Below are positions 62,062 to 64,000 of a DNA stretch of 64,000 nt, in pieces. Position 1 is the first letter of the stretch; the number at the start of each line of letters is the position of its first letter. Source of the DNA: Alphaproteobacteria bacterium (GTDB lineage Bacteria > Pseudomonadota > Alphaproteobacteria > SP197). The stretch is from assembly GCA_964291265.2 (NCBI GenBank), contig OZ219747.1, positions 2,240,001-2,304,000 of the forward strand, given 5' to 3'. The notes beneath the pieces were generated by a model, which was not told the DNA's origin, searched no databases, and saw only the letters and a program-made list of their open reading frames with translations. The position numbers were made by a program, and so were the translations under genes.

Positions 62062-62565
62062 ATGCTCAGCGCGACGCTGCGCCGGGAACGCGCGAAGCAG
62101 AAGAGGGTGACGACGGCGGAGACTCTGGCCTGGCGTCACGAGGGACATGCGTTCAGAGGGCGTTCGTTCCCGACGCTTCGGTCGCCGCGGCTTGGGTTCT
62201 GCCGGACGAGGACGCGGCGGTGGCCGACCTGGCGCTGGACCGGCTGGGCGCGGAGACGGCGTGGGTGCCGGGTGTGTTCTGGCACGAATTGCGCAACCTG
62301 CTCCTGAGAGCGGAACGTCGGGGGCCGATCGACGGGCGCCACGCCGACGCTTCCATGGCGTGGCTGCGCCGTCTTCCCATCGTCTGCCCGGGCGAAACCG
62401 ACGACAGTGCGGTCATGGCCCTGGCGCTTAGCCCATCGGTTGAGCGCCTACGATGCTGAGCTATCTGGCGCTTGCGGTCCGCGAGGGCTATGCGCTGGCG
62501 AGCCTCGACCGGCGCCTGAACGAGGCCGCGGCCGCCGAAGGTGTGACGACATTCGCCTTGAAACA
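62062..62565 (+). pseudogene. VapBC toxin-antitoxin remnant (PIN toxin frameshifted, antitoxin tail)
   Basis: FVPDASVAAAWVLPDE, WHELRNLL, LSAYDA, YLALA, LASLDRRL across frames. Confidence 0.75.
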
Positions 62566-62599
62566 GCTCCTGCATCCAGCGCGGTCGGCTGCATACCGG

Positions 62600-62905
62600 G
62601 GTCCATCTCTGCGGATTTCTGCTTGGGTGCGGGACCTTTTCCCGACGACAGCCGCAACGAGCTGGCGAAGCCCATCTGCGAGCCTCTCCACTGGAAGACG
62701 GCGAGGGGCGCCTACAAGGTCGGGGCCTGCCTCGGGATGCTGGAGACCCTGGAGCGCTGCGGCATCTGACGTTGCCGCCGACCGCAGCCGGGAGATCATG
62801 GCGTCGCCGTCGGAACTGTGCCCGCTTCGCGTCGAACCCCTCACCGACACCGAGGAACGCCTTCGTCGACCGGTATCATTACCTCCGCTACAAGCGCCCC
62901 GATGG
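62600..62905 (+). pseudogene. DUF4338-like fragments
   Basis: SRNELAKPICEPLHW...ACLGMLETLE and FVDRYHYLRYK. Confidence 0.5.
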
Positions 62906-63486
62906 GGGTCTTTCAACCGGACATGTTGGCCGAACGCTTGCGAGCCCGCCATCATCGACCCATGCTGCACCCGACAACAACTGAGAATCATGGGCAGATT
63001 CCGGAGACAGGAAGATGCTGAGCGGTCATGTCCGCGCGCTCCGGGAACCGTGGGGGCGTATCGCTACGGCCGCCAGGAGAGGCGCCCGGTTCCTCGTCGA
63101 ACTCCCGCCATCGAAGCTCTCGACTGAAGGGAACTCCCTGGCGCTTACCGCCCGGATTCAGGTCACGAAGGGTCTCGTTGTCTGCGGTTCGGGACATGAT
63201 GGCAGGGGACGAGAGGACGGAGGTTTCGCGCGGGACGCGGTGACGGTGCTCATCCCGTGCAGTCGTGACGAGACCATGCACCACAACGTCGCTCGGCGGG
63301 TTCCCCGTGATGTCCGAGGACGGAGTCGATCGGTCGCAACAAACGTCACTTGCTCATCGACAGGCAGGCGGATAGCGTGGCCGTGTGTGTCCGACGCGGC
63401 CGTTCCGGGACATCGGGAGCCACGGCAAGGAAGACTCCAGCGCCTTGCATCAACCGCAGGTTCCGGCGCCGCGAGGGGAGAGACCG

Positions 63487-64000
63487 ATGACCCGCCGCCG
63501 TCTTCCGATCGGGATCCAGGACTTCCGGCGCCTCCGGGAGACCGACAGCTACTATGTCGACAAGACCCCTCTCATCCGGGACCTGGTCGGGCAGGGTGAC
63601 CATTATTTCCTGTCGCGTCCGCGCCGCTTCGGCAAGAGCCTGCTGCTCGACACCCTGCGGTCGCTGTTTGCCTGCCACGAACCCCTGTTCCGGGGCCTGG
63701 ACATCCACCGCCACTGGGACTGGTCGGCGCCGCATCCGGTGGTGCGGCTGAGCTTCGGCGGCAAGTACAACGAACCCGGCGAGATCGAAGGGGACATCAT
63801 CGAGCAACTGGAGAGCGTGGAGCGCGGGTACGATCTTCCGCCTGCCCGGACCTCCGATACCGGTCCGAGGCGTCTGCGGAATCTTCTCGACCGCCTGCAC
63901 GGCGCCACCGGCCGGCAGGTGGTGGTGCTGGTGGACGAGTACGACAAGCCGATCCTCGACGTGCTCCACGATCCCGGTCTTGCGACGGCCAACCGGGACT
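63487..64000 (+). CDS. AAA-ATPase-like protein of the AAA + PD-(D/E)XK nuclease family; runs off the window
   Basis: LPIGIQDF, YYVDKT, FLSRPRRFGKSL, VLVDEYDKP. Confidence 0.9.
   Translation, partial: MTRRRLPIGIQDFRRLRETDSYYVDKTPLIRDLVGQGDHYFLSRPRRFGKSLLLDTLRSLFACHEPLFRGLDIHRHWDWSAPHPVVRLSFGGKYNEPGEIEGDIIEQLESVERGYDLPPARTSDTGPRRLRNLLDRLHGATGRQVVVLVDEYDKPILDVLHDPGLATANRD

Overview
GC-rich bacterial DNA, probably an alphaproteobacterial host-associated symbiont (inferred from the ankyrin genes, Fic/TA debris and IS load). Ordinary metabolic genes (amidase, MIP channel, CoxL-like, M24 peptidase, ABC-F, TauD, ThrC-like, MttB, DMG dehydrogenase-like, FAH) are interleaved with deeply nested mobile elements whose ends and target-site duplications (TSDs) can be read directly. 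Main observations: (1) two divergent IS66-like elements each carry a short DNA adenine methyltransferase gene overlapping tnpC where tnpA/tnpB would normally be (3200-8007, 15529-23294); (2) two unrelated DDE transposons both encode a Toprim primase-like gene: an IS21-like element in two near-identical copies (17314-22633, 44347-49672) and a DDE+ExeA-type element that also has a RepA-like helicase (41092-51582); (3) these elements show a mirror-image strand skew, G/T-rich at the left end and A/C-rich at the right; (4) an ORF-less group II intron twintron sits in an ABC-ATPase gene with two further IS layers inside it; (5) two signal-peptide ankyrin genes, one with mosaic 102-bp repeats. All family names come from motif recognition by eye, not database searches.
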